The notes: generated by a model not told the origin, from the sequence alone. A DNA stretch of 64,000 nucleotides from Epiperipatus broadwayi (GCA_028023455.1 JAQFVV010000006.1:11408001-11472000), one strand, 5' to 3'. Positions 36,040-50,750 are shown, numbered from the stretch's first letter. A program made the numbers and translations.

Positions 36040-37400
36040 GCATCATGAGCCTTGCAAGTTCATACGTTTTTCAGAAGCAGTTCTTGTTAGTTTCCTTCTT
36101 TCTATGTGGCCATCATCTCGGCCATTCCTTCTATTGGAAGAACTTGAGGCTTCTTAAACAGAATAAATTTGAAGATGTTACTAAAAAATTAGCAACAATA
36201 ATGCTGTTTATCCCAATTGGTTATTTTAAAAAGTTGTGACAAGTCCTCTTGTACATGCAAAGAATTCTTCATACCACATTAGAATGGTCCAGGTTTCACA
36301 ACCAAATGTTATTTGCTATCAAGTCAATACTAATCCCTGGTAATCATACGAATAGCCTTTCTACCAAATAACATCAATTATTAGGTTTTTCAGGCTGTGC
36401 TCAGACATTTTAATTATAATGATGATAGTTTATTTGACAGTCAATCTCTTTTTGCAATACCAACTTTTCAAAGCACTCTACAATGTTCTAATACATTAAA
36501 TCATCGTATAATGTAACCAAATAAAATCAGTCTCAAACTGGTCATTTGTGCTTTTAAGCGAGACTTCGGGTTTAATTAAATATCAACTCGTATGCCTTAC
36601 AGGATATTCTCAAAGTTTTTTTATTCTATAATATAATGAAATCGGTCCTATGAATATTGTATTGTCATATTCATAATTTGATTATTGTATATCTTTGTTA
36701 AATAATGAGCAAGTAGAGGGTGTTTAAATGCTCACAACCATAATCAGGACATATAACTTAGGTGCAGAAACGTCTGACTGCTAGAGTTCTTTTTACATCA
36801 TACAGGCATTACATAATCTTATAATTGTTTCTATTAAAATGCTTCTATTATCTATAAAGTAGATTAACTATCCGATATGCAAACTATGAGAATTCTCTAC
36901 AAATCTGACATTTTTAACAAACTTGCAAATAATACTCCCTCTTGTGTCAATAAAATCTACTAAAAAGATGAGAATTCTTGTAGTATGCACATCTGAAGAT
37001 TATTATTGCAGAAATATATATTCTAAAGAACCACAATTATTATTAGCAAATTAGTCTCCCTACTTTTATGCCACTCAGTCCAGATGTTAGTGCTTATTAA
37101 ATCCATCTCCAGTACTGTCCTATCTAAATATCTCTAGACTAATTTATAGCTTATGGCTTTCATGATAAGCTTTTGGTTCAGGGAACTGTGTGCTTGGACC
37201 TTCTATGATTTAATGCACCTTTCCTATGGCAGCCATTTTTTCAATTTTTTAATACTATCAAACTATCAGCCCAAATTGAAAGACTTATTTGTTTCAATCC
37301 AAGCCTATTTACTTGATGGTTGTAGATTAAGTTTCTATATACTATGGACGATGTTAGTTTTTTTTAACACATTCAAACAGTCCAAATATATGGGTCAAAA
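36040..37400 (-). mobile_element. Decayed Ingi/Vingi-like LINE 3' region
   Basis: Minus-strand SLKSTNDQFE (about SRLKSR..F) and a Cys/His-region remnant; similar in organisation to 11700-12330. Confidence 0.35.
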
Positions 37401-37954
37401 AAATCCCAAAAGTTCCTCGCTGATATACCTTCTCTAAAAACTAGTTTGTGGATATTTCAACAGAGCAATACTGGACAAACATTTATTAACCATCTGGAAG
37501 CTATGGATAATTAAAGCTTACACTAGATAGTATAAAAGTAGGGTAAATAAAAAATTCACTGTTTTTTAGGAATGCGTAAACGAAGATCGGGTGACATATT
37601 GCTGATCATATAAAGATGGATTGTTTATAAGAAATTGTTAAAGCTAATAGATGAATAAATTTAATATGGATTTCAATAATAACGGAAAATAAGCCCGTAA
37701 AAATTTGAAGAACCATTCTTAAATTTAATATTTACTATGCATTTTAATGCCATTGGGCTTATTAACATTTGTAATATAGATCTAAAATTTAAACAGAGAA
37801 AATTGTGGTACAAGAAATGACAAACTAGCACTGTTGATAATCAAGTGCATTTGGTTTTAATATTCTGTTTGATAATTAATCCAACATGCCTTCAAGCAGA
37901 GGGCATATATATTATAATGATCCATGAATGCATAAAATGTATGATTACACTTTT

Positions 37955-38225
37955 AAGTATGCTTGCCGTCATTGAAAGAATTAAAAGATTGAAGTAGAGT
38001 TGGGCTGGATATATTGCTAGAAGAGATGATAATAGATGAACAATTGAAATCTTAAACTGGATTCCAAGAAAATGTAAAGACCCAGAAAGAGACCACATGT
38101 GAGATAGATGAAATATGAAAGTGTGCAGGAGTGATGTGGAGAAGAGAGGCATGAAAACGGAGATGGACTGAACTTGGGGAAACCTTAATCCTGCAGCGGA
38201 ATGAGAATGGTTGATGATGATGCTA
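37955..38225 (+). mobile_element. RTE 3' fragment
   Basis: gggctggatatattgctagaagagatgataatagatg...atcctgcagcggaatgagaatggttgatgatgatg. Confidence 0.8.
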
Positions 38226-38639
38226 GCATCAGTGTTAGTAATGTGAAGAATGCATAACGACATTAAATATTCTAAACTTCAGGCTTGCATTAATGATGAT
38301 GATGATCTGAGCACTACTTGATTAATATAATCAGAAAATGGTTTAAAAGATATATTCAGTCATTATCATTAAGAGAAAGTATCAAGATTTTCTTGGTAAT
38401 ATTTTCAATCTTTATACTAACCCGCCATAAAATTCAACGATTAATCCCACCAATACATCACTCCTAATTTATTATGTCTGGCCAAATCAAGGAGCACAAG
38501 ACTTACGCAATATTTAAATAATTGAATACCCAATGTAAATAATTCGCATTTTAAAGCACCTCGTTCTAAACAGACAGGATTATTACGATTATATATGTAT
38601 AATTACGGGTAAAAAACAGTCGTTCTTCATTGAGATTCT

Positions 38640-38715
38640 TAAAAATTTTATTTCCCTAAGCTGGAATTGATTCCGAGACCTTTACCTTACCAGGCTGCCA
38701 CTCCCATCCTTACAC
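38640..38715 (-). mobile_element. Degenerate tRNA-derived SINE head
   Basis: The minus strand has B-box-like ggaatcaattcc followed by an A/T-rich tail; related heads occur at about 39700-39790 (+) and 53578-53650 (+). Confidence 0.4.
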
Positions 38716-41498
38716 TTCCCTCTTTTCAGTCTTAATCGCAACCCCTTTATTCTGAGTGAATTAATTAATCAAACGATTGCTATTCGAGTTCATAAGAAAT
38801 TCAAACACCGGAAATGCTATATACCGGAACCGAGGACTTCGAACCCCGTAGTCTGTTAATCTATTTTACTACATCTTATTCTGAGTGAATTACGGGACAT
38901 AACTAAATCGGTTAATGCTTTTAAAGATGAGAAGATAAAAATATGAAAAGAATCTCAAACGAGAGCACAATCCATGGAAAAAATACGCGCTCACATTTAT
39001 ATATGTGATTAATATGGGGTGGGAGAAAGCATTTTAATAATTGCGATAAACGTTGCGCATTTCATTCTGGTTAAATTATAGGTTATTATAATACCAAAGG
39101 AAATGACATTTTGATAACTTCCAGATCGTAAGATTACGCGATCACATGGTATATATGTATGCAGACATAAACGTAAATAAGCAAATTTTGCAATATATAC
39201 TATTAAAATGCTTTCAATAGCTAATTTTTGAAAATTTAAACATCTATTCCCTTTCCATGATGGACAGCCTCAATTGCTTGCAATAGCAGGAATAAGACAG
39301 GATGCATTTATCTTCATTTACTAATTGGAGGAAGTACTGTCAGTTTTCCGATAAATAATTCTGGCATCAAAAAAAATCGTTTTAAAGATATCATAAAGTC
39401 TCTCTCTCTCCTTTTATATCTTAATCGGAGTATTATTTAAAGTTTAATTAAATCAAATTAATATCCACATTTTTTCTTAAAACTACATTCGGGCTTCTAC
39501 AAGCCGTTTTTCATTGAATAGTTATAGACAGAACAAACAAGATTTGAAAAGAAAATACGTGTTATAATGTTTATTGGAATTAATACTTTCACAAGTAATT
39601 ATAAGAAGAAAAAAAAAACTTGTGCGCGCGTGTTTGTGCATGTGATGGGTTTCAATTAATTTTTTTTCAGTATATGTATATAAGCGCGTTTACTAAAATG
39701 GCTTCGTGAAATAATGGTAGTTCATCCATATGCCATGTCAATGACGGGTTCAAATCCAGATCGAGTAAAATTTTGAAATTTTTTTTTCTAATTAGGCTTC
39801 AAAAAGGGGAGGTCTGAGTGTATCTAGCTATACTTAATTGGGGGAGAGGCTTGTGACCTTCACCGAAATGTTCATCTTCTTTAAAAAGACAATTTAGTAG
39901 AATTATAGACAAAGGTTTGTGTTGCCTATTTAGAATAACTTTTAGGACTACAAAGAATCTGTCAGAAGACATGAAAACCAACAAAAGAACCAGATATCGT
40001 GGATACATTAGAGGAAAAATAAAACAATTGTATGGTATACTGCTTGTGATCTTATGTGATGTTTGAACTTGAGAACTAGCAGTTCTATTCATTAGACCAA
40101 ACAGTTTTATTATTATTATTATTATTATTTCAAATGGATCCGAAAACCTTCACCTCCTGTAGTCTAACAGCCTACTATTACATAAAAATAATGCAAAATA
40201 CATACAAAGATTATAATTGAAAATATGACAGGAATAAGGAAATATAAATAATGACATTATATTGTGCAAGACTATACAGCAGTAAATCTTATTGAATAGG
40301 ATTTAGAAAAGTCATTCCTTCAAAATGTAATAATAAAAGATGATTTTCTGGAAAGCGGTTTTTTTTTGTCAACGTAACTAAGCAATAATAAGAAAACATT
40401 TAGTAATCCCCAAAAAATAGTGTTGGGCTACAATTTTTCAGATACTTCCAAAATTATTATAGCATCTAATATTCAGGATTAATATAAATCAGTGACGTTA
40501 GAAAATAGTGACTCCATTGTAGCCAATTACACACAGACATTCTCAAAGGAGGGAAAAGATGCCACTGATATGTCAATCCAAATAGTATTACAATTTAAGA
40601 TACAAAGTAGTGACTTTACAATTTCAACATCCTAATACTTTGAAGTCAATTAATTTTCTTGAAATGTAAAGATCTACATATATATTCCTCCTTATATATT
40701 AACTTGTTCCAGTCCTATAAAATTAAAAAATTAAAATTGGATCGAGTTTAAAATTTTACACAAAATAATTTTTCCAAGTCATTACATTAATAATGCCAAA
40801 AAGCAAAGCTTGTTATTAAACAACTCAATCTGCATAAGAGCAATAAGGCATAAATTGATCAATGTGTCTATTTGCACTGTCTTCTGGTTTCTTCTGATTT
40901 ACTTAATAACCAATCATGAGATCTTACTTGCCGTGCTATACAATGTCTACAGAATTACATGTTTAAATACTTGATTAAATAAGATTAGTGATAGTAATAT
41001 TCTTCTTTTGCTAAAACATCAAAAATACTGACGTTTAATAATCAAAGCCATTAAAACATAGAATAGGTCAATTAGTTTCAGATCTATATAACAATTCAAT
41101 AAACTGGGTTCTAATTCTTATGGCATAAAAGATTTGATATCTTTGATATCAAGAACTTAAATAGCGTACAGCTAGCTATTACTGGTGGAATATCAAATAA
41201 CTATTATTCAAAATCTTTCATTATCCAAACAAAATTTCAATAGCGATTCATTAATCTTTAACAATAAGTAAATTAATTTCTACATGCATTTATAAACAAA
41301 CTATATATATATATATTAAACACCTACAAATTAATAAGCCTAATTGTAGTGAATTGCCTGTTCTTTTTCTCTATCTAAATAAATTCAAAAAATCTCCGGA
41401 ATCAAGATTTTGCTTTAACATTATTTTATCTGTGGAAGAATCTATACAACAAAATGACCTTTATGGGGGAAAAAAGGTGAATGAACCAGAAACTAATC

Positions 41499-42884
41499 GA
41501 TGAGATGAGATGCACTGTGGCTTCTTTTTCAAAATCAGGAATCTTTCAGCTACCATGCCCAGGGAAACTTGATAGCCATTTTATCTTCCCTTTCCATTCC
41601 CCACACTAAGTTTTCCCATATTCTTCTCTATAATGTTCCATCCCATTTCCACAACATAATTTTTGTCAACTCCATGGCCTTTATATCTAAATCCTCCTTA
41701 TCTTTTCCCAAACCAGCATAAAAACCAAGAACCCACCTTCTCTATAAACACTTGGTCTATATTTATTTTCCCACAACTTCATTACTTTTGCCCTTTCTAT
41801 TTGAAAACATTTACATTCAATAAAAAGATGCCTAATATTTTCCATGTCTTCCTTACACAACTTGCAGACTAAATCAATCACATTTTCCCATTTATGTGTA
41901 TATTCCCTTGTTGCTAAAGACCCTGCTTAAGCCTTAAATGATAAAACTACTTTCCTTGCTATTATCATAACTTAACTCACACCCAATATTGTTTATTTCT
42001 ATATATATTTCAATTCTTTTTACTCTCCATACTACTTCTCCATCTCTCCAACTCCCTATTCTTTATTATTGCATCTGTTATTCTATGCCATTCCTTACAA
42101 CTATTAACTCTCAACAATTCTCCTAACACAATTGACCCACCTTTTGTATAAGTATACTGACATAAATTCTTATTCAATTATTCTGCATATCATACCACCT
42201 TTCTTATCCATCTTATTGTCTGCCCTTTACAACCCAAATAAATACTATTTTGGCTATTCTCTTATTATCCATAAACTAAAGTCTACTGAACATCTTCATT
42301 TTGCTTTTTTCATCTCTCATATAATAACTTGGCCATATCATTTCTCCTTGAACTGCCTCCTTTGCCGTCCATACATCTGCATCTAATGCATGTCTTCCTA
42401 TTTCTCCTTGTACTTTTTCTAAGTAATCTAACACTCCTTTAATTACACATAATGCATCATTACCATATGTTAATTCTGCTACTGCTATTCCCATACAATT
42501 CTAACTACATCATATTTATTATTATATGAAACCACTGTTAATTTCTTTATCAGTCCCTTTCTTTTCTTTTCTTCATTTATCAATTTTTTCTCCCTTTCAC
42601 CCAAGCAATTTCTTTGACTACTTAAGATGATTCCCAAATAGTTATACCTATTCACCACACTTAACTCTACATCCCCCAATAAAAATTCTTTGTCTTCTAT
42701 TTCCCCAGTATTAATCATCATTACTTTTGATCTTTCTTCACTAAATACTAATCCCCATCTCTTTACCCACCCTTGCATATGTCCTCAGCATAAATTCCAC
42801 ATCTTCACTTCTTTCTGTACACAAAAAGACTATCATCCGCAAATAAAAGACCCGATAATGTATATACTCTTTTGCCATCTATTA
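41499..42884 (-). mobile_element. 3' half of a non-LTR retrotransposon (L2/CR1-group-like) with Cys/His knuckle
   Basis: ORFs 42485-42778 (YNYLGI), 42276-42494 (LTYG, AVQGEM.W) and 41687-41881 (CKLC...HLFIEC), with a (CATCT)n 3' tail at 41499. Confidence 0.7.
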
Positions 42885-42885
42885 T

Positions 42886-42985
42886 GATGAGATGAGATGC
42901 ACTGTGATCTTTTTTCAGGGTCAAGAATCTCTCAGCTATCATGCCCAGAGAAACTGTTATCCACTTTACCTTCATTTTCCATTAA
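42886..42985 (-). mobile_element. 100-bp 3' stub of the same LINE family, directly upstream in tandem
   Basis: gatgagatgagatgcactgtg...cagctatcatgcccag repeats 41499-41600. Confidence 0.7.
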
Positions 42986-43289
42986 TGAAAGATGGTTATG
43001 CACTGCTATCTGTTGGCTTTATTTAACAAATAGCCTAGAACGAAAATAGAATTGCCATATCTAGTGCAGATTAAAATAAGCTCAATTTAATTTTAGTAAA
43101 AGCCGCAGTATATAACAGTTCAATTTTATTTCAGATAGTAATAAGACGCAAAGTATTAAATAGGACACATAAGGTTCACTGAACTGTCTAAATATTTTGG
43201 CACAAATGGAAATCAATTTAAGAACCTTTAACTCTCAGGGCTTTGCTCTTACTACTGTAGTAAACCTCAAACAATGTTTTTACACTACT

Positions 43290-43512
43290 CATAACAAATA
43301 TAGGGGGTTTGAATTCAGACTTTCAAGTACCAGTCAACTATCCACACTATCTCATACCACTGATACACATGACCACATGTGCGTGGTCACGTATATCAAC
43401 GGTATGAGATAGTGTGGATATTTGACGGGTACTTGAAAGTCTGAGTTCAAATCCCCTACATTTACAATTAGACTCTGGGTAGGTGAAGAGTGCCTATATT
43501 TCAAATATTTAC
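43290..43512. mobile_element. Short family D fold-back copy (no ribozyme segment)
   Basis: Centre gaccacatgtgcgtggtc at about 43380; the 3' tail (ggtgaagagtgcctatatttcaaatattt) is present on the right arm only. Confidence 0.75.
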
Positions 43513-44859
43513 TACTCATAACATTAAAAAAAAAAAATTCAGGCATATAATAATTTAATTTTGATAGCAATAAACACAAATTATTTCAAAATCTAATAAC
43601 ATTTAAGAGAAATATATTTATTTTACAAAATGTTTTTCTTGTACATTAGTTTACTTTAAAAAAAAAAAGCCCTTAGAAACAAACAGTAATTAGTTGGTTA
43701 AAATAATAATGGCAATTTTAAAATTTGCTGGGAGTCTATCATATTTTAAGAAGTTTAGCTAAATTATGTTTACATTAACTTACAAATATTATGTTGTTAT
43801 AAATATTATAAAATGCTTTTTAAATATAACTTTTTGTTAGCCTGAATATAAATGAAATAACGCGGAAATACTGAAAAACCCCGGTCAGCTATATACAGAC
43901 TAACAGTCAGTAATGTAGAATGAGCCCACCTACACTTTACGAATATACTTACACACAGAGCTTACAGAAGTATTGAAATTACATTATTATATATAAATCA
44001 TGCTCTGCATGTAAGTCTGTCAGTAAATAATATGCAATAGGTTAGGAGTCCATACAAATATCACTCGCCATCATTGTTGCATCATATTATGATCATATTT
44101 TTTTGTATTTACAATCAATATATAATAACTCACCTGATGAACCGAAATTAAGCTGGCATCTTTACCCTACTGTTAATAATAACTAAATACCCATTTACTG
44201 ATCAACACAGAATGATTAACCGGACTGGTTATGAATCAGCTACTTAAAAAAAAATTCTAAATTTGCTTGTGACCAGAAGAGTTCCAAGATACACCTAAAC
44301 AGATTCAAACTCCAGATTGTGACATAGCAATCAAACTATGATAATTTCCTTTCCTTGTGTGAATGATTAAACTATAATCACAAAATTCGTTATTTTCTAT
44401 ATGTACTATTACTAAAAAAGTAATAAACGTTGTAGAATAGCATTGAATATAAATTGCTAAAATAAATTAATTAATGTCAAGCAATCACTGTTGATCAAGT
44501 GCTATAACTTGATTGCAGTTCTCTAATGCCTAGTTTCAGTTAGAATACATACAAACTTCTACAGTGCTTTATACTTTTCGCAATGCTTTTTATTAAATTG
44601 TCTGATGGTTTAGATTATTTAGCAGTCTTCTTCATAATTGTAAAATGTAATACTACATTATTTCTTGTTTATTTATACAAACATATAATAAACTTATTTT
44701 GATATATACACCCACATAATTTCTATTATAATATTTTGTTTTTAATTTTCTATAAATAATATAAAATATGTATGTACTTGTATATAAAAATATTAAAACA
44801 AATTCATCATACCTCTGTGTAAACAAAGAAGAAATTTGATAGAATTAGCTTAATATTAA

Positions 44860-45300
44860 AAGGAAATACATCTATGTGTTTGAAAAGGAAGATTTTTAAT
44901 AAATGTTTTACCAGTTCTTACTTATGGATATGAGACTTGGACACTTAATAAAAGAGCAATATAGAAACTTCAGACCACTCAATGAAATATGGAAAGATGT
45001 ATGTTAGATAACAAGACACCGTAAACAAAATACATGGGTGAGAAAAAAACAGATGTTACTAAATAAGAGACTCAAGTGGAGTTGGATTGGATATATTGTT
45101 AGAAGAGATGATAACAGATAGACACTTCAAATCTTAAATCGAATCCCAACATTGTAAGACCAAGAAAGAGTCTACGTGTGAGATGGGTGGATGAAATAAG
45201 GAAGTTTGCTGCTGTAATGTTAAGAAGAAAGACTAGAAACCGGAGAAATTGGATTAAACTTGGAAAGATCTTTATCCTGCAGTGGATTGATAGCGGTCGA
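44860..45300 (+). mobile_element. RTE 3' fragment
   Basis: Encodes LTYGYETWTLNKRAI.KLQTTQ and ends atcctgcagtggattgatagcggt. Confidence 0.8.
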
Positions 45301-47592
45301 TATATAGTTACAAGTGTACATTGTTTTAAGAAATAAATTTCATGACTAATATTAACATTTAAGTAGCCAATATATATAATTATGTGTTCACTGTTTCGGT
45401 TGGAAATTACGTATTATTTGCATGTAATTTGCGCTACTTTATATATAATAAAAATATTTCACAATATACCTAAAGCTTCTAAATTTAAATAGTAAAATTT
45501 AAATTATTTAAATAACTGAATGATTATAGCTCGGGAGTTTATAGGAAGTTTGAGCAACGGACCGCGATCAATGGACCTTGAATTCAAGTGTCAGCTGTTC
45601 TACGGTAGCAACAAACCAAATTATTTATTTATCGATGCTATTTTAGGATATTTTTATTTTAAAACGTATCTTTTTTTTTCTTCCTTCTCGTAAATATAGG
45701 AATGTCATTCAGAAAAAAGCACGAACAGAAGAAATGAAGTCATTCATACTACAAAAAAAAATAAACAATTTTTACAATAACAATATAAAAAAAAGACAAT
45801 TGATTTTTTTTTTTTAATCAATAAATAACACTTTATAATAGTGCCTCACTTTGATGTACATCTACGTATAAATTCATACATTATTTATAAATAATTAATC
45901 ATAAATATTTTTGAAAAGTTACTATTTTTATCTTGCACTCTACTTATCCTTTATATTTATATCTAAACATAAATAAAAGGTAAAAACCGGCTTTATTAAA
46001 TAGTCTATTGCAAGACAAAAACGTCTCCAACCACCCTCTGGAAAAGAATAGCGAAGGAGACTGCAGTATCGAACGGGTTTACCGAGTGTGGGTGGTAAAG
46101 GGAATTATTTTCTTACTGTCTTTTACCCTATAGCTAATAATATCTATAAAAGTTGGCTACGGGCCAGGTTACTTGAAAAAAAAACAGTCCGCAAGCAACT
46201 TAAGCAAATCTTTAAGATAAAAGAAGACACGGGTTTAAATCCAGGTCACGTGCATGATCTGATATTACAATAATGTTTAAAAATAGATTTTTTAAAAAAA
46301 AAGTAGGGAACTTAATGAGAAATTATTATTTATTTGGTTGTGTGAAATATAGAAAATACGAGTATACACACTATAGAATAAAATTAATAGAAAGAAATCT
46401 GAAAAGCTATTAGCTCCAATCAACACATATGAAAAAACTGACCAATCATACTGCAGTATGCATTCACTTCGAGTATCAAATTCTTGGAGCAAATAGCAAC
46501 TGAACAACAAATGTTTACTGCGTGATGATTAAAACTGATGGTACTTAGTTATAATCCTTTTGCAGAAAGCTTGAAAGAACTTAGAATCAATCTTGAAAAT
46601 TATATGGCTAACTAGAAGCTACGTATTTAATATTTCCTTTTATTTAATTATTTTAAAAATACAAAAAAATACCTCAATTGATTGTAATTAAAATAAATTT
46701 AATACAACTGCAGTAAACCTTTAACATTGAAAATAAAGCACTGTCCTTCTGCACAAACAACGAATAACCACTGCTATGAAAATATTCTCCCCTGTTGGTT
46801 AGTATGCCATAAGTTTAGAAATACCCTCTATTGCATATTCTTCTGTCAATAGGAGATCCTACATTTTAATCCTTTCAGCAAAATTATTCCAGAAAAAAAA
46901 TAAAAAGAAGAATCTCAATGAGAATCTTACGCTAAACGTAAGGCGCACTTATGTTTACCCAAATATATTTCAAGTTGATAAATACTCAAATTTATCTCAA
47001 ATTCCTTTACATCGTACCTTTCGGATCACTGTTAAAAAAATCTAGACCTCATATATTACTTTTAGCATTTGTTAACGTTTCTAAAAGCATATAAATGCTT
47101 TAAAAATATAAAACATTTATAATCACTGAGAGAATGAAACTTTTATACCAGAAAGGTTCAGGAACCCAAAACTCCAAATTGAAGATATTGTAATCATATA
47201 ATAGAAGAGAAACGAGCTAAAACAAAAACTAGTATTCTGTTTGCATGAAGGGTAACACAACCAATAATACCTGAACAAAATTAATAGCCCAATGAAGAAA
47301 TGTTTGGGAAAATTATTTGCAACTATTATTATTCAATATATCATATTGTGTTGTGGACAATGGAGGTGGCAATTTCATTTACCCAAAATTATGATGCATA
47401 CATGATTTTATATCCTAGATCCATGCTAACAATACAAAACTGTAAATACTACACACACACTATGTTAATTCTCAGATCAAAAAGTAGATATATAAGTACA
47501 CTAACATTAGTAAGACATGACTTTAATGTGGAAGGAGGGGTTAATTATCAGCTGCCTAAAATAAATTTTTTAAAAAAACTCTGGTCAGACAA

Positions 47593-47722
47593 TTTAATAT
47601 AATTGCTGGGTTCAACATGTCATTTGGGTTATTCAATGTCACAATTTCCTGAACAACTTTAATATAATTGCTGGGTTCTACATGTCATTTGGGTCACTCA
47701 ATGTCACAATTTCTGAACAACT
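47593..47722. repeat. Two tandem 65-bp units
   Basis: tttaatataattgctggg...caatgtcacaatttc..gaacaac occurs at 47593 and 47658. Confidence 0.8.
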
Positions 47723-48559
47723 AATCATTAAGCTGATTAAAAGAGTACAAGAGCAGAGAGCTGCCACAATACATAAATATATATAAAAAAAAGTTTTAAA
47801 AGTTATTTCTTAGTCAATTACAACATATCAAGTGGCAGTATGCATATCTTAAATTCCCTTTTAATTTATTCACATAAAATGATTCCAACGGAAACCTCTT
47901 TTACATTAAAGATGTAATATGAACCAAACCCACCAGGAGATCAGCATTGATAAGTTGCTCAAACAATGCTTCATCTTTTGAGAAATTCTTGAAACAATAC
48001 AAACAAAAAAAAAACAAACCAAGGCTTACAACGTTAGTGTAAAAAAGCCGCATATTTGAGTTTTTAAAAAAATCCAATCCATACATGCCTAAATGGAGAT
48101 TCAAGCCCTAAGAACAAATCGATTTGTAAGATAAGTAATCATATCTTGATATAAAAACTAAAATGTTCTGGTAATATATGAAGATAAACTGGATTCGAGC
48201 AGTTTCATAAATGACGTAAAATATTTGACAGCAAAAATCAAACAAAAAATTTAAACAAGATGACTCCTAGTACGAGATTAAAAAAAAATATGGCATCAAT
48301 AATTTTTTTTACAAGGAAGGGTCAAACACACACAAAGTTCAAGCATCCATTTCAATAATGCATAATTACTCTCATTTTATGGCCGCAAATAATTACTGAT
48401 AATTAATGAAGATACTGAAAAAAATTGCAACAGTATGCAAAATGATTTGAATGATTGAGAAAGTAAAATTATATATATATTTCTAAGTAGGAAGGTCAGG
48501 GAAAAAAGAATGAAATATGAATACAAGACGAGTAATATTTCTGTAATGTAATTTTCACT

Positions 48560-48960
48560 ACACTGCTCTTGCACAAGATAAGGACTGGCTTTCTAACCAC
48601 TTTCAATGACTTGTGGAGGGATGTAATCATAAACACATGACTAAAGACATGAAAAAGATGAATGATCCCCAAAATGCATATTTCATGCTAAATCCGAACT
48701 CATCAATTGGCCCAGACCACAGTATTTTTCAAATATCTTTATCAATGTTCAGTATATATAGAGATAGCAAATCACTTCAGTTCAATTGATGAGCATCAAA
48801 TGTGCTGTCCTAACAACTTTGATATAAATTCACTTAATGAAAGTGTATTAATAATTTTTTATTAGTCATTCATTAGACTAGAGATTATCCAATTCATGTT
48901 TCTGTATAATTTTTACTACACCACTCTCATACAAAGTAAGGACTGGTTTCTACCCACTTA
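48560..48960 (-). mobile_element. Older family D-related subfamily copy (decayed hammerhead near 48670-48715)
   Basis: Sense strand reads ccaattgatgagttcggatttagcatgaaatatgc; shares a distinct flank (aaggactggtttcta) with copies at about 55420-55590 and 59290-59410. Confidence 0.55.
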
Positions 48961-50138
48961 ACATTTTGAGGAGAGATGAAATCAGAAACATATAAAACAC
49001 ACTAATCCATTTTTCAGTTTACTATTTACGATATTTTTTTTTTTTCCAAAAAAACTTATCTTTCTGAAATATTTCAACTCCCATGTCTAATCATAATCTC
49101 TCCATTGTATTCTATTCTCGGCTATATCTTCCAAATAGAGCACTTTTTTTTAGAATGTTTCAAGGCAATTCTTATAAAAACGCTGGGGTCTCCTTTCCCA
49201 CAAAATCATTATCAAGTTGACCATAAAACAACCTTGCATTACTCCATTTTACATGCCCAATCCAAAGGAGGTGTGATTTTACAATAGTGAACACTATAGT
49301 ATTACATCCAGCAAGTTGAAAAACATTATTTTACAGAGCATTTTTAAATAATAATAGGATGCCCATGTCTCAGTTCCATACAGTAAATTAGATAAAATAA
49401 TAGCTCGATATACAGCTTAGTTCCAGCAGTAATTATTTTTATAAACGCTTCAACTTTTTATTATATATGTAGAACTTTGGATTTGTATTCACTTAAAATA
49501 AAGGCTTTGTTAATTTAGTGCACAATGAAATATCATGGCCAGCATTTTTCTCTAAATGTTTATAATGTATTAAATATAAAAATTGTGAACATGTGCTGTT
49601 GTTGAATGCGGATCTCCAAAAAAAACTTAATTTTAGAAATAGTTTTGAATTTGGCTTAACCTTTGACAGTTATACCGCGCAGTTAGAACAGCAATAATGA
49701 TACATTTACATTCCTGGATAAATCCAGCCACTTCTGGTACTCAAATAATAGTCGATGATTTACAATTAATTCAAAGTTCATGCTGATTATGGTAATTTAT
49801 TATAATTTTATGTTTTTCAAAGTAGATGTAACATTACATTTTCAATTTAATATTAGGTTGTCGTTCTTTTTTTAACTCTTTATTAGAAAATTCTATTCGT
49901 TTCTCTATTTATACTAGATCAGGGTTGGACACACTTTTCCGGGATAAGGGCTACTTGTTATTTTTTTCCAAATATTGTGCTTCACTCTTAACACATTACA
50001 TGCAAGGTCTTAAAATGGCTTTTTAATTCCTTATTTTGCGACTGACATACTTGCATGACATGTTTGTGTTTACCACTGTGAAAAAAAAAAAGTTATTTCT
50101 ATTCTGTATTAAAATTGTCTTTTGCTGCAATTATTTCA

Positions 50139-50750
50139 GCAAATTCTCCATACTGTAGTGCCACCCAATGCAAACCTAAGTAATCAATGGATGCAAGGTT
50201 TGTGCACAAAATCTCTACCCAGTGCCCACTCATTCAATATCCTCAGACTAGTTTCTAGCTTGTGGTGGTACTGTGTGTAAGCATAGGAAATGATCATGTG
50301 ATGTTTGTGGTTTTAGACCAATCCTGTCCATAGGATGATGGTGAATGTGGTTTTAAAAAACCAAGACCACCAAAATGTATAGATACTGAAGTGGGTTCAC
50401 AACTATATGATTTTGCAAGCAAATGAGCTTGGATTAAAAACATTATTGCATTTTCATCTTGGACTCTTAGCTTTATGGTTAACTAATAAGGTAAAAGATG
50501 GCTACTGGGGGGTTGCATTAGATCCTAAAATCTACGTGCAATTCTCTCAGACCCAAAGCTCCTCACTGATGAAAGCCACAAGCTAGAAACTAGTCTGGAG
50601 ATATTGGATGAATAGGCATTAGATAGGGATTTTATGCACAAACCTTGCATCCATTGATTATTAAGGCTTGCACTAGGTGGCACTACTGTATAGTTTGCTA
50701 ATGTTTTAACAGCTTGTATAAGAATAGGAAATGATGATCATGCGATATTT
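50139..50750. mobile_element. Family A copy: short antisense arm plus one full sense monomer with terminal redundancy
   Basis: gatcatgtgat at 50292 and gatcatgcgat at 50736 define a 444-nt monomer. Confidence 0.8.
50561..50600 (+). ncRNA. Type I minimal hammerhead (family A)
   Basis: CCUCA-CUGAUGA-AAGC-CACAA-GCUA-GAAAC-UA-GUC-UGGAG. Confidence 0.75.

Noticed and set aside
44134-44150. CTGATGA-ACC-GAAA hammerhead-like string
   Set aside because: No stem II, no UH site or stem I, and it is not seen in the related family F copies.
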